The notes: generated by a model from the letters alone, not told the origin. Shown: positions 1 to 14,300, counted from the first letter of the stretch. The stretch is 64,000 bases of DNA from Bugula neritina (GCA_964035545.1 OZ037767.1:8442581-8506580), one strand, 5' to 3'. Translations and numbers: made by a program.

Positions 1-219
1 TTATAATAATATTAAATTACGTAATTATTTATATATTTCCAATTCTGCATTAACATTAAAAACAATATGTGATTAAATAAACATAAGTTTCACAGGAAAC
101 TGATCAGAGAAAAGTTAAAAAGAATTAGAGCTTTTCCTTACAATATTTCCTAAACTTAGCCGATACTTGATACATAGTCACATGGTTTCACCATCAGTTA
201 GAAGAAGTAGTAGATGTAC

Positions 220-3200
220 CTGATCTGAAAATAGACTGGGAGACTCCACTTGTTGATAAATTTACCATAGGATGGGTGGGCCCGTAACCTCTTCACACTT
301 TGTATGGTTGCACATTGTAATTCAAATGATGAGAGGAACTCCATGCCATCTGTATATTCCTGGAGAGAACAAACAGAGCATAAGACAAACACCGGCCTTA
401 TTATAGTGCACTGACTAGAGAAATCCTCCAACTTGCCAGCCTATCTACACCATAAAGATCTGAGTTTAACTTCGCAGCACACTCGACATATCTTCACAGG
501 TTAGTGTAGTCATATTTTACCTGCAGACTAGAGAGATAATAGTCTGGGTCAATTCAGACAAATAAGTAAGTTATAATCTCGTGGTGTGAAGTAGGTGTGT
601 GGTGAGTAACAACTATAGACAGTACACAGTTAGAGAGACTCATTACAAATATCTAGTAAAGATTACATCAGGTAGATATGTATATAATCCGAATGTATTA
701 CGTGTTACACTCAGTACTAACTTTATAGAAGTTTTCAGGATTCCCGGCTGCAAATATTGACATGGCTTTCGTCTCCAGGAGATCCACAACCTCCGGCCAC
801 ACAGCATTGACCATGAAGTCGTAACCTTTGACAGGCTCTTGGCCACTACAAAACCACAGGCACTGAAAATGTATTTTACAATAAAGATCAGACTGTTCAG
901 AAAAACGCTTCAAGCTGCTACAAGTTAGATGGGTGTACAAAGGAGTAATAACACAGTCAGCCATATTTGTACTAGATTAATCATGGAGCAAATTACATTA
1001 CCTTTTAGGCTTGATGACTGCTAACAGTGGGTCACACTTGAGTTTCTGAAACTCCAATATTTTAGAGTACATGGCAAAGGAGCCACCTTTCTGTCTAATG
1101 TATGACTCACTGATATATTCTTCCATGTAGGGTTTGACTTCAACACGTCTGAATAATGACTCTGCATCAGCAATCTACAGAATAGATTACTTTATATTAT
1201 ACTATATATTACATCATACATTAGGTATTACATCATGCATGATAATTATATTGAATAATATGTAATTATTAAAGACGATTATATACTATTTTATTGTTTA
1301 ATAAATATTAAATAAACCTTAAACAATCTTTTATTTACTTGCATAGAATCTGAACAAGAAGGTTGGTAATATAGATATAGAACGATACAATCACGACAGT
1401 CAAAGTGGTGGATCCAGAAAAAAACAACATTCCTGAACAGTAACCTAGTTACCAAACAACAAACTCGGTGTAGCAGTAGGATTATTCCTAATAATGTATA
1501 TTTAGCCCTTTGAAAAACTTATTTAAAAAGACAATCTGTTAATAAACAAGTATGTGTAATATAAGTAATGAAGCTGCAAGACGTATAGCAAAGCTGTAAT
1601 CTACAATATAATAAAGATGTAATACATGTAGTATCATCACAATACCAACCTTGTCAATAGTAACGTAGGTTCTCAGACACCTCGTCAACATTTCATCATT
1701 AGAAGTTGTCAGCCCTTCAGTAAACATACCTTCTAGATTCTGTTGCAGTACTTGAGTGATTCTATTTATTCTCTACAAACACACAATATATAGCTATACA
1801 CAGTCCTGCGTATAAACTGATTGAATAATTCTTATTAGCAATGAGCCTTTATTTAAAACTTGTGCAAAGTTTCAGGTGAAAAGTCAGAAATCAAACTTTG
1901 AACACAATTTGTGAGCTCCCTAAAAAGAAACATCAAAATTGTTTTAAGAACTTGGTAAATAAACATATACATGATAAGGTAAGATAAAATAAACAAAATA
2001 TAGTTACTGGCTTGACTGTGTCCACCAGAGGCAACCCTTTGCATTTAGATACATAAAACTGCAGTTGGTTAAACTCTGTGGAAATTCTTTCCACCAGATG
2101 AGATTCAAGGGTGGTACCAGGCCTGTCTCTACAATGACATTTTATAAAGATTAGGTATACGAAAACTTAACAGAGAGTAGCAAAACGAATGGTTCTATAA
2201 GCAGCTCCGAGTTGGAGATGGGTGAGTGCAGTAGTTTGAGAGTCTCAAGTTTGGAGTTGGGGACATAACTCCAAACGTCAGACCCCGAACTACTGCACTC
2301 AATCACCACCAACTCGGAGCTGCTCATAGAACCATTCTAGCAAAACACCATCATATAACAAAAGTATTTTGCCAACACTTTCAACTATTGATTTCAGAAT
2401 AAAACAGTAACTGCGGCAGATTTAACAGCTTCACTGAGCTTTAATGAACTCTATATCACACATACCCTCTAGAACTCAAGGACATATCTAGAATCCCTTC
2501 CATAGTCTCTATACACATCAATATACCTTCAAGGTGCTGGAGCACTCTCTACCAAAATAGTTCATTTCATAAAAACATATATTGCATAACAAATCAATAT
2601 GCTATAGTCATTCAACTAGAGAAAAGATAAAGCTAAAGCAGGAGAAAATAGTTGTACAAAGGTCATATTGAAGTTGCCACTTAAACTCGTAGGACATTTT
2701 TGACCTATCTAGTATGAAATAATAAACAGCCACTTGAAGAAAAGTTTTAAAAGAAGTCATTAAATATTAATAGTTGAAGTTCAGGTAGATAAACTGGCTA
2801 CTATTCAAGCCAGTAGTAAAACGATACATTGTATAATGGTAAGCTCATTGTGCATGCAGGAAAGTAGGGTAAAGTGTATTCCTTTTATTTGTTTTATCAT
2901 TTGTAACTCCAGAAATTGATAGATGCACAAGACTTGCAGATTGCTTAATTCACTAAACACAGTAATACAACTGCTTAGCAGAAATTCAAATGATTTTATT
3001 GAACATTTAATTGGATAAAAAATAATTCATAAGAAACATATATTCTATATTAAAATAATTATCATCTCAACAAACAAAAATATAATTTAGGTGCCGGTCA
3101 GTCGAAAACATGTGCCGGTACATTCTTTCTATCAGGCTTTAACGAGTGGGGTGTTGTGGCGAGATTGCTGAAAGTTCTCTTTCAATTTTTGCTGCATAAT

Positions 3201-6200
3201 CCACAGTTTGGCGCGGCATGGCTTTATTGACTGCCCTTGATAGGTAACATTGTTAACTGTTGTGAAATCAAAGCTACCATCTGAATCTACACGCTTTGGC
3301 TCTGGTTTAAAACTCTTTGGTATACCAGTCTACAAATATATCAATGCGAATATTATACAGAGGTATGAAAACTGAGTCAAATTGAATTAATTGTGTTACT
3401 AATTGAATATTCAAAAATATATTACACTCATATATAACTGGCCTAAACACATCCCAGCTCATGAGTACACCTACATGTAAAGGAGTATGAAATGTAGCTT
3501 TGGTAGTCGTCGTTCCATCAAACTTTCCTTCTGTTGGGTGATAGCCATCTGCAAAGTCGGCGTGAGAAAGACGAATTGGAATTTTTGGACCCCAGTTTCT
3601 GTAAAAGATGGATATCACTTGTTTCAAGTACAGATTGGTAATGGTAAACACTGAAATAGACTACTTTTTTTTAAACATATACTGTAGGATTATGTTAAAC
3701 TAGTTTTATTGTGCCCAGAACATGTTAGCTAGTTGAGTAGTACAGAGAAAGTCAAATCAGTATATACATAAAACATTAGCTGTAACAAACGATTATACCA
3801 CATATACTATTAAGCATTACCGGTAGAAGCATTCATTGAATATGTTTGCAAATGGCTACAGCATTAGCTTACTTATAATGATCTTTGTTGGCAGTTCTAT
3901 CATCAAATTTTGGCAAATCTCGGACAAAATTCCCAGCTGGAGCAGCTCGAAGTGGGACAAATGATTCAGCTAAATTCTTTGGTGTGAACACAGACTACAA
4001 ATATTACATGAAGTAAATTACCTCTCATGATTAGTGCCAACTATAATTAACATTTAACCAAACACCAGTTTCTACGACATCAAGCTGAAGAGATACTTGA
4101 AAAAATACCTTATCCTAAATAGCTGCTGTGTAATGAGCAGCCATAGAAAAGTTTATTTGTTTTAAATTGATCTTTTGAAAAGTGAAAGTATCTAAGCAAT
4201 GGTACAAAGTCAAATATTACATTAGTATAAAATTTCACCTGTCATTTCAACAACCAAGTCAAAATATTATTACTACTTTCAACGCGTTTTCAGCATTTTA
4301 GCTAGTGTGTGCATATCACTACTTTTGAAAGATTAGTTTTCCTAGTGCATATATTAGCTATTGATAACAAACAGAGCAAATGTAACCAACTTACATGAGT
4401 AACCGTCAACCCTTCTACAGGCACACTCGGTCTCTCATAGGCTGGAGGTATCTTTTTGAACGATTTTGGAACAGGGTGCTTCAAAGCGTCGTGACCTTGA
4501 TAGATCGTGCGCTGTTCAGTGTCAAAGCATTGGCTACAAAATACACTCGTATTTGTGAAAAAATACGACATTATTTGTTGAAAAATAAACACATTCAATA
4601 AAGCAGGTATTGCTAAATTTAATCTACGATATCAATTGATCAAACGAATCCATAATATCCAATTCATATAAAATTATAAAGCACCTCTATACATTTACAT
4701 TATGGTAACATAATAAAGGGTTACAAAGTATTACAATAGAATACTTGTAATGATATAAATCTCCAGCAGCTGTACATACTTTGTGTCAAACTTTAAATCT
4801 ATGGTTGGCTGGGCAGGATCAACTGCTTTCACTCTATCAATAGTTTTCTTAGGGTAATCGTGCATATTCTGAGTCTCAGCCATGAGTGGTCCCTTCTTTA
4901 TAAATGGCTTCGGCATGGGCACAAATTTATCGGCCCTCCTGCCGAACTTTCCCTGGTAAACTTCAGCAGTTGTGGTCAGGAAATCTCCTTCACCACCAAC
5001 TTGTAGGTTATTAGGAGCAGCTTTTACCTGCTGAGGCTTTGGGGCATATACACCTGTAGATAATCAATACCAACATTTAGCTCATTTATATAGCAAATAC
5101 AAATTACTGTGCTGTTAAAGATTTTTTAACATAAAACTATACACAGTAAAGACAATGTCAAGTCTCAATTACAGACATTATTAGCAAACACAAAAACTAT
5201 CTAAATAACAACATTAGTAATCAATATCACCAAGTAGCTAAGCAAAAAACAATCTTTGTTTTCTTTTCACAGTTTTAAAGAGTCAACAAGGCAATTAGAT
5301 ATTACTTATTGAACAGTGCTTACTATCTTAGGTATTGACTTTCCAAGTAATAAAACTAAGCATACACCAAAAGTGCATATATGACTCTTATCAAAAAATT
5401 TTTGACTATAGTGTATGTAGACTTGTAGTCACGTAAAAACCCCTTTCTACAGGCAAAGCACACAGATTACACAGCAGTACAAATTATATACCTCCTTTTA
5501 TAACTGAAAGTAAGAGGTGAACACTCCTTGGTACAGATGAAAGTCAGTTACTCACCTGGAAAAGCTTGCCGGGTCGTACTGAGAGGAAGCTTCTCCTTGT
5601 CAGGATAGAGGAGTTCTCCCGTGTAACATGGCGGATCCTCAGCTGGAGTCACCTTCACGGGTTTCCACTGCTTGTAGTGCTCCAGATTCGTCGTATCTCC
5701 GTAAAACTTTGCATTAGATTTCGTTTTTAGTTTATCTGCTTGTCTGGCATTGAGAAAATTACTAGGAGTGGACAACTTCTTGGCCGGATAGTCCTGCATG
5801 TAGTACGAAATTCCGTCCAAAGGATCTGTTGGCAGCTCGAAATTAGATTTAGGAGGTAGCAAAGGTTTCCTCATAGATATTGGCCTCGGAATAAAATCAT
5901 CGCGTTGATTAGTTTCAAACACCATGGGAGGAATATCTGTTTCTCTAGGAGTCGGTGGTGGTTTCTTGCTAGACCTGGGTGGCTGGTACACACCTTTAAA
6001 CATGTCATGTGTGTGGGTTATAGGAAATGGTTGCTTAGTCCCAGTTTTGGGTTTTTCAGTTGCTTTCTTGCAAGTGTGATGGTGTACACAGTGACCGCAG
6101 TCACATATCTCGCATATGCAGTTGATGCTGGATGGCAAAGAAGCCATTAGCGCCTGCATCTCCATGTGTTGTTTCGCTCTCCATGGTGTTTTAATTACTG

Positions 6201-9200
6201 TTCCTAAAACAGACAAAACAACAACTTACATTCAATGTTTCAACATACAAAAGATAAAAAACAAAATTATTTTGTTGGCAGAGCTTATTGGAAGATTGCT
6301 ACAAAATAAATGTACCTTATATCTTTCAGTATTGAAACAAAGACCAAATGTTTATCAAAATGTTTAATGTAGTATATGAATATTAAAAAAAATTCTAGTC
6401 AGAGAAATAAAAAATGTGTAATAATATATCACTTTGTATGACCAACATACCCCCAGCAGTCCTAGGACCTCCCGTCTTCGGCCCTCCAGTAGGAAGAGCT
6501 GTTAAAGCTGTCGAATTTCGATGTTCTGTTTGCTCCATGGAACGTTCAGCAACGGCTGGAGCCACTTTTTAAATTAATGATTATTAGTCTAATGGCTAGC
6601 ACTCATCAGCTTGTATGCTTGTTATATAACGTATAGTATTTATCCGGAATTTAAAGATCGCTTTACTGTACTCATATCTCGACGGCACGTCATCCGTTAC
6701 TAAGGCAGGTATTCTAATAGACGGTCTGTGTTACGTTACCCCTAGTTACCCTCTCCAATAAGCCTGCCATGTACACTTGAATTGCAACCAATACAATGGA
6801 GTTAAGTTGAACTGTTTTGATAAAGTTATCAGGAGCAAAGAAATCTTTGTTTGATATCGGTATTAAAACTTTATTCAGTTAAATTTGTTCTTAACAATGT
6901 TCAACAATAAGCAGTAGCTAATTCTATTTACATCTATTCAAAACCAATTACAGAATTATTCACTGACATATTTGTTTGCCTACCAAACTTTGATAAATAC
7001 TGTAATAAAACCTTAATAAGATAATATATATAACAAGTATAACACCATGAGCAGCTCCATTGTTAGACATATGCCCTGCACTAAAAACCTTTAGAGATAG
7101 TTGTGAGCCGCATACTATCAGCACTAAAATGTTACTTAATAGCATGTCATTTGAGTCAATGTTTAACTCATCTTGTTTTATAAACCTGAAGTAATATTTC
7201 TAGTCCAGAGATAAAGCAAGGGTTATAGGAGCTGCTCAAATAAGAAATTGGTAAAGACATTTTGTATATAAGATGAATATAAGATGAAATATGTTGATGT
7301 CCAGCCTTGTAATGATATTACATCGTACAGGATGGGGACTTGAGCTCCCCCCCCCCCCAAATAAAAATAAAAGAGACTAGAATATCATGCCTATCAAATA
7401 ACTTAACAAAACTATAATCATATTTTCGTAAAACATGAGGAATGCCCTTTATTTGACCATTGCTTGCATTTAGCTGACCAAATTGTAATAAATTTAACCA
7501 CATAGTATAAATATCCAATGCAGATTCATAACATGTTGACAATGAATAGGCAAATCCCAAATAGCAGCAGAGGCTGCACACGTTTGAGAGGGCGAATAAC
7601 TCCTTAGTATTCAGTAATTATCAACTAGCCAATAAAATTATTTGTTATATGCTTTAGACTCTACACAACCCCATACTAAACACCAGTGCTACATCAACAT
7701 CAAAAGTCAGCATTCAAACTGCCAACAAACTACTGAACAAAATCGCAAGCTCTAATATTTAAACATCATCTGAAGCAACAGACGCAGTATGCACAGCACC
7801 TTGTGTAGAGAAATCAAAATTTCCACTCAGATCATAAGTCAAGAATATTTTGGTGTCAAAATTAACAAAAGGTGAAATACATGGAGGAAAATTCTGTAGA
7901 TTGAAATTTAATTTGAAATTCTGATCAGATAACTTGAAATGACTTGTTTGTTATTCTTAAAAAGACAAGAGACTTGAACATTACTACAACCGAAATACTA
8001 AATCTTACCTTTTTCTCTCTCACAGCTACTCTTTCAGCCAGTTTCTGCTGCGTAGCTTCAATCTTTGCCGTAATTAAACTTCTCAGCTCCTGAAAATAAT
8101 TACCAAACTGATGTATCTACTACCTCTAGCACACAGAAATGAAAATATTCTATAAAACTGATTTCTTTATCAGCACAAAACGCTGAAATTAAGACCTGGA
8201 AACAAAAATCAACTACTTGTATAAATTATTATGCACACAAAACAAAACTTTTAAAAAGCAGACAACTCCAAAATTATCAGCTACAGTAAAACATTATCAT
8301 CTGGTAATTTACCTCTACTTGGCCTTGAAAAGTTGTTAGAGGCTCCTTAATGGTGCATATAATCTTATCCATTCCTACCTAAAAACATATTCTTAGAAAT
8401 CCCACATTCATATTAAATGACAGAAATAATCTGGTAAAAGCAGCACAAATTGCTGTAGCAATAATAGGGTAAAGGAAACAGGTCTTAGAAAAGGGAAGTT
8501 ATTCACCCCATAGTAATAAATATTATGTGGTAAGAATGTAGCTGTCCCAACAGAGGGTGAGTCATGAAACTGGGCAGAATATGAAGGAATATAAAATATT
8601 AAAAACACTAATTGATTTAGATCAAGGCAGGCACAGCTGTGAGTGTCTAAATCAGGGCTGTCCTCATTTGGCCCCCAGCCTACAGTTATGTGGCCCTCAA
8701 AGGCATAACAAATAAAATTATTTTACACACATATATGAATTAAAGTTAAAAACATTTTTTAAACTTCTTATTTATCTACATGCTACAGAAAATGATACCT
8801 GCAGCAATTATTGGGACTTCATTGTGTAATGATTAATAGAAAAGTGAAATGAAATAATTTGAAAAATACTGATACAGTGGCCCCCAGCCCAAGCTAAATT
8901 TTACAATGTGGCCCTCGCCATGAAATATTCCATAATTTCCCTCGCTCTGAAGGTGTTGGACACTCCTGATCTAAATGATATTATTATCTTTTAGAAATAT
9001 GTAATAAAAAATGTAGGAAAGACAATTCCTGACAAGGTTTGGCTATGAAATTACAAAAAGCTGGCTATAACACCGGAATAGAAAGATGATGACTCACAAG
9101 ATTAGAGGAGAGGTTGACAAAGTCAGCGTAATCTCTGTTGATGAGCTCTACAAGTGCATTCTGCAGTATCTTCATGTAAACACTGAGGTCTTCCCTGAGA

Positions 9201-10877
9201 GTCTCCAGACTAGAATGTCGTCTCACATTGGCTAGGAACTTGTCTATGTCATAATCCACCTGAGAAGTATACGAGGACAACACTGCAGTATGGAGCTTTA
9301 TACAGCATACTGGGATGCTACACACAACACTGTTTCTAATGATTCATTAGATGGGCAATGGGTATTATTAATAGAACACAACATAGTTTTGAGCCTTTCA
9401 GGTCAATCAACTGCTTCTAGCAAATATCAGGTGTAAATGTCATTTATACTAGAAAAAAACTTAAATGAAATTACTAAAATTGTATCACTAGCCATAGACA
9501 AATGTATGAGGAAATCATTGTTAGATAATAAATGTAATAGTCAAACACCAAGTGTAGGTATAATCTTACAATCCATGGTCAATATGAAATGTTGGCACCA
9601 TAAAATACTCAAAACAACCTGTAGCTCTAACATTCATATAACGTTTCCTAGTTTTAAATTGATATTAACATAAGGTTAATAAAAAATGTGTTATATAAAC
9701 TTGGTATACAACAAAACCTTCAGCGTTAGGCTTGACTAGAACGGTATATTTATAAATATTAAATAATGTCTAAATAAATTTAAACAGATACGACTTGGTT
9801 GTAGTTGTTGATTTGAGAATAAAATTAAAGCATGTATGAATTACAAAACAATGGTATGACTTAAACTTTTAGAAAACAACCTACTAGTCTATGGCTACTA
9901 TTTTATACAAGTAGCCGTTGAGCTAATTCAATTCGACTACGCTTACACTTGTATTAATTTCTGATTACCAATCGTAAAATTTTAATCAAAACACTTTACT
10001 TATTTTTTTGTAATTTAAATTCCTTTTTAATTAGGGTTTTGACATTTTTTTGTTTTGATATAAAACTAAAACTCAACAGCTCAACCTTTAATGCCAATTT
10101 ATTTCATTAAATTTTACATCAAATCTAAAATTTTTATGAGTAGGCAATAGAAAATAGAAATACATACTACAAAAATGCAATTCCGATATCTTATATGGCT
10201 CATCTAATTTCTTTAGATAAACTCACAACTGTTTTAGCTATAAAAACTGTAAAAACCTAGGTGAAAAGTTCAAACCATGTTGAAAATATGGTGAAGTAAA
10301 ACTATCAATAACCATAATAAGTGTCGTGGATTTACAGCTAGAGTTATACTTATTATCAGTACTACTAGTACTACTAGCGCTAGTAGCGGTTTTACTACAA
10401 GACCTACTAGTAGTACTAGTACTAGTAGTAGTACTACTACTATTACTACTACTCACTCTCAGTACATGTACTAGACCTAGTACTACTGCTACTGCTACTA
10501 CTAGCAGCAGCAGTAGTAGTACTAGTACTGTAGTACTGGTAGTAGGCTTATCACGGTAGCACTAATAATACTAATAGTAGTACTACTACTACAGTCAACA
10601 GCTAGTGCTACTAGTACTAGTACTGTACTAGCCCTAGGTCTAGTAGTAGCCACGGCATCAAATTCAATATGAATACAATTATGAGTAAGGTAACTGCTGC
10701 TAATTAAAGAAAACTTAATTAAAACTGTGACCGTCAACGTTACGCCAAATATATTCACCTCAACAACAAAGTATAAAAGTAACACGAAGTCTAACTCACC
10801 TTGATAAACTCATCTTTATTAAAACACAAGTTTTCTGGCGCTGCAGGAAGCACATTCTCAGTAGCATCCAAATCCAT
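220..10877 (-). CDS. COG2: Conserved oligomeric Golgi complex subunit 2 (3' part lies left of the window)
   Basis: Phase-consistent GT-AG exons: 10800-10877, 9098-9259, 8313-8378, 8009-8089, 2466-2548, 2008-2128, 1650-1772, 1002-1174, 722-845, 220-359. Peptides LCFNKDEF, LVELINRDYADFVNLSSNLVGMDK, ERISTEFNQLQF, RCLRTYVTIDK, GYDFMVNAVWP and VKRLRAHPSY..F..KWSLPVYFQIR match COG2 as I recall it. Confidence 0.95.
2187..2337. mobile_element. Palindromic ~150-bp MITE with 9-bp TSD (Mutator-like), copy 1
   Basis: Ends GAATGGTTCTATAAGCAGCTCCGAGTTGG...CCAACTCGGAGCTGCTCATAGAACCATTC; perfect TSD TAGCAAAAC at 2178-2186 and 2338-2346; second copy at 34197. Confidence 0.9.
3132..6538 (-). CDS. SAXO: Stabilizer of axonemal microtubules (SAXO/FAM154-like), nested in COG2 intron 4
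   Basis: Exons 6451-6538, 5556-6203, 4780-5053, 4395-4533, 3873-3994, 3475-3598, 3132-3329 splice in frame. N-terminal CICEICDCGHC motif resembles SAXO1 CICELCSCGRHHC. Repeated Mn-like motifs (ETNQRDDF, SYYMQDY, TTNLEHY, TTTKATF, TTVNNVTY). AATAAA on the - strand at 2995-3000. SAXO1 vs SAXO2 cannot be resolved. Confidence 0.88.
6696..6749. promoter_or_regulatory. Two candidate RFX X-box sites upstream of the SAXO-like gene
   Basis: GTTACTAAGGCAGG (6696-6709) and GTTACC-CCT-AGTTAC (6735-6749) approximate the X-box GTNRCC(N0-3)RGYAAC, 160-210 bp upstream of the ATG at 6538. Both are imperfect matches. Confidence 0.45.
8653..8968 (+). mobile_element. hAT (Charlie/Buster-like) MITE, copy 1
   Basis: CAGGG...GGACACTCCTG termini; 8-bp TSD GTCTAAAT/ATCTAAAT; homologous along its length to 12859-13200. 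Confidence 0.85.
10355..10650. repeat. Degenerate (TAG/CTA)n trinucleotide tract in COG2 intron 1
   Basis: Mixed runs of tagtag/ctacta; source of the low-complexity ORFs at 10238-10785. Confidence 0.85.
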
Positions 10878-11316
10878 AGAATTTAAAAATTTACGTTAGT
10901 TGCATAAAAATAGGTAATTATAATCAGGTAATGACAAACTACAGCTTGTAACAAACAAGGTCCCGGCGATCAATACGTAATAAATAATCTTACTCCAAGT
11001 TCAGCCTAGAACTTGTAAGAAAAATTCTAATTGCTTAGCCAACTCACAAATCGTTTTACAAGACTGATTATTGGATACGCTACAGTGTTAAAATGTTGTT
11101 GACCAATCGTCTTTATTTTATCATATGTTTTGTAACAAAAATAGCCGCCGTTCTAATAACTGCTAGGAAACTAGTCAACAAGGTTTGCAATCTAATACAA
11201 TAGCTCTTGGTTCGACTGTAACTCCCAGTGTCAGTACGACAATGCTCTTGCACAAAAACACTCACTTTTAACTGTTTTAGTAATGAGATAAACGAAAAAG
11301 TTGTCAAGCTATCATA
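10878..11316. promoter_or_regulatory. Putative bidirectional promoter between COG2 and the F-box/WD40 gene
   Basis: Divergent ATGs at 10877 (-) and 11317 (+) are about 440 bp apart, with local CpG retention. Confidence 0.6.
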
Positions 11317-14300
11317 ATGAATCTTAATGATAGTATTCCAGATGAAATCATAGAAAAAATATTTCTAAATTTAGATGTCAAAGATATCTGTGCTGCATGT
11401 CTTGTATGCTCTAAATGGAGACATTTGTGCAACAGTGAGAAAATCTGGTAAATCATAGTCATTGTCATTGTGATTATTTTGGTTATCAAACGTCTTTGTT
11501 TTTGGTTTTACTTTTAAATTGCGTCCCGTTTATTGAAAACGTTGTTGATATTTTCAAATTTCAAAGCTTGTAAGTTGTTGCCTTGTGATGCAATTTTTAG
11601 TTTCAACATGTTTCAAAATTTTCATTTCACAAGTTGCAGAGCCTATCTCTAAGTGTACTGATAGATTTTTTTTTAAACATAATTTTAAGTTTTTTAGTTC
11701 TTAGCTAATAATTGAATGATTTTTAGTCACTGTGATTTTACAAACTTTATAGAGTAGAAGAGTGTCTTTGTTCTATTTTAGGAGAAAACAATGTAGAATT
11801 AAAAATTGGATCAAATATGGGTATGGCGCTCTGGATCTCACGTATCTTCCAAGTTCAGATAAAATTTTGAGTCGCACTAATGTTTCTGGGACATCTCCTA
11901 AATTTGAATATAGTAAGTTTTCTGAGAGTTGACATTTTTGTTGTTAATGGACTTTGATGAAATTGATTTAAACATGATTTGAGTAAACATTGACTTAAGA
12001 TGCAATTACTACTTAGGATAATATGTGCATTTGATTTGCTGCAAATGAATGTTCAAAAAGAGACTGAGTTATTTATCTGAAAAATGTATATTAGAACTCA
12101 TTCAAGATTATATTTATGCAGCATCTATCTGCAAGTTAGACTGCATATCTAGTAGAAGCATGCAACACATAGAGGTGTATTAGATGATGTCTGGTAAAAA
12201 CGGCACAAATGGCAAAGTAGGTAAAAATGGCACATCTTCAATATTAGAGTGGGTTGGGTTTTTAAGGTGAGGGTTTAGGTTTGGGAATGGGGTTTGAGTT
12301 TGGGGTTGGGGAAAATTTAACATCAGTGTGCCATTTTTTCTTACTTGTCCATTTGTGCTCTTATTATTGTGCCCTTTTGACCTAAAATCATATTAGATAG
12401 CTGGTTACACTGTATACACAGGTTCACCCTTTGGCTCACATAATATAATATATTATTTGCTGAATATGAGGTAAACAAGTTATTGTTTTAATGTATAGTT
12501 TCAAATTTAGAACTTTGGCAACAAAATTTGAATTTTTTGTTTTATAATTCTTTCAGATAAGTTTTAGAAAAATGTTTTCTGTTTGTCAAAATAACTAAAG
12601 TTGTTTTACCACATTTGCTTCTATGTAAATATATTATTTAGGCTGTTTCTGTTTTTTATAGATGTCGAAGAGTCAAAACTATCCCCAATACCTAAATGGA
12701 GAATGATTTATATAAAATCTAGATTTTTGGAATTGAATTGGGTCAAGGGCCACTACAACGTGTTACCCACATTGAGGGCTCATGAAACCAGAGTCTCTGC
12801 TTTTGATAGTGACGGTGAGCAACGCAATAAAGTCGTAATTCAAATGTATAGCCTAGACCAGGGATGTCCAACAGGCGGCCCCAGGGCTCGATGTGGACCC
12901 CAGCCTACAGTTATGTGGCTCTCAAAGGCATATCACATAACATTATTTTGCACACCTTATATGAATTAGTGTGAAAAACCACCTTTTAAACGTCTTATTT
13001 GTACACATAATACAAAACATGGAGCTTCTACTAACTATTTAGACTTTATTGTGTAATGATTCATAAGAATTTGGAATAAGTTAATTTGAAAAATACTAAT
13101 GCTGTGGCCTCCCAGCTCAAGCTAAAGTTCACCATGTGGCTCTCGCAACCGGAATATTCTCTTTCAGTGACCCTCGCTCTGAAGAGGTTGGACACTCCTG
13201 GCCTAGACTTTAGTTAGACAGTTTTTAGTCACCAATATAAAGATACTTGGTTGGTTACAGTAAATATAGTGATTGGATTTCAATAAAAGTGTAGCTACTA
13301 CATTTAGGTTTAATATAGATTTATTAGTCTGATGCCCTGTTACTTTTTATCATAGGGTAAAGTATTCCAATAAATATCACTTAGATAGTTGATAAGAAGA
13401 CAATAGTTAATGAAGTTCGTATTTATAATTATAAACTTTGTTTTGAAGCACTTTGGTCTATAGGATTGTATAAATAATGTAACTCCCACTAAACACTCAC
13501 CTGTATGTTTCACAGGTATGGTGCTAGTTTCTGGTAGCACAGATGCTGTGGCTATCTGGGATTTAGATAACGTTATTCTCAGGTACACGATACCTGTACA
13601 TAAAGATCAAGTCAATCACATTCAGTTGTTGGTAAGTATTTTTAAAGAGAATCTGCAATATTCTTAGCACTTCTCATATGATGTTAAAACAGGGCTGTAG
13701 ATTGCATTTTTTGGAATATTTTAGTTTCAATCTTTTGGAATTGAATTGCATTATAATATATTTCTGTAAGATTCCTGTCCTATTTTCCTACCATTTTACC
13801 AAAGTGAAGTAACTCAGACTCATAATCACCAAATAACTTTTCAATAACTTAAAGCAATATTTTTAGTCAGCTTATGCCAAGCTACAATTTGGATTCAAAA
13901 ATTGTAATTATTTTTACATAATCATGGATGACTCTGTAAATACATTTCATTGAGTTCTCCATTACAATATCTCCTGACAATATTAACAGTTAGTTGTATG
14001 AAAAGCATCTGATGGAGAGTGTGTTATGGAGGTAGATAGGGTCATTATGTTTTCACTATGATGTTTTAGGGACATACAGTTGCTATCAGCTATACTGAAG
14101 GTTCTATAAAAGTCTATGACACAATATCAAGTCGTCTTCTCATGACGTTTCATGCCAGAAGTGCAGCTGAACATCTTAGATTTCTCAGTAAAGAGCTCAT
14201 TGTTTGTTCATATGCTGATAAGTGAGTATATGTTGAGAGCTCATTGCCTGCTGACAGATTAAGAGGTTAAGATTTTTTTTGCACATACATACATTAAAAT

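Noticed and set aside
10238-10785. Ser/Thr-rich and Leu/Val-rich ORFs (also 18551-18799, 25968-26374, 41596-41967, 47578-47964)
   Set aside because: Translations of simple repeats or low-complexity intronic DNA.
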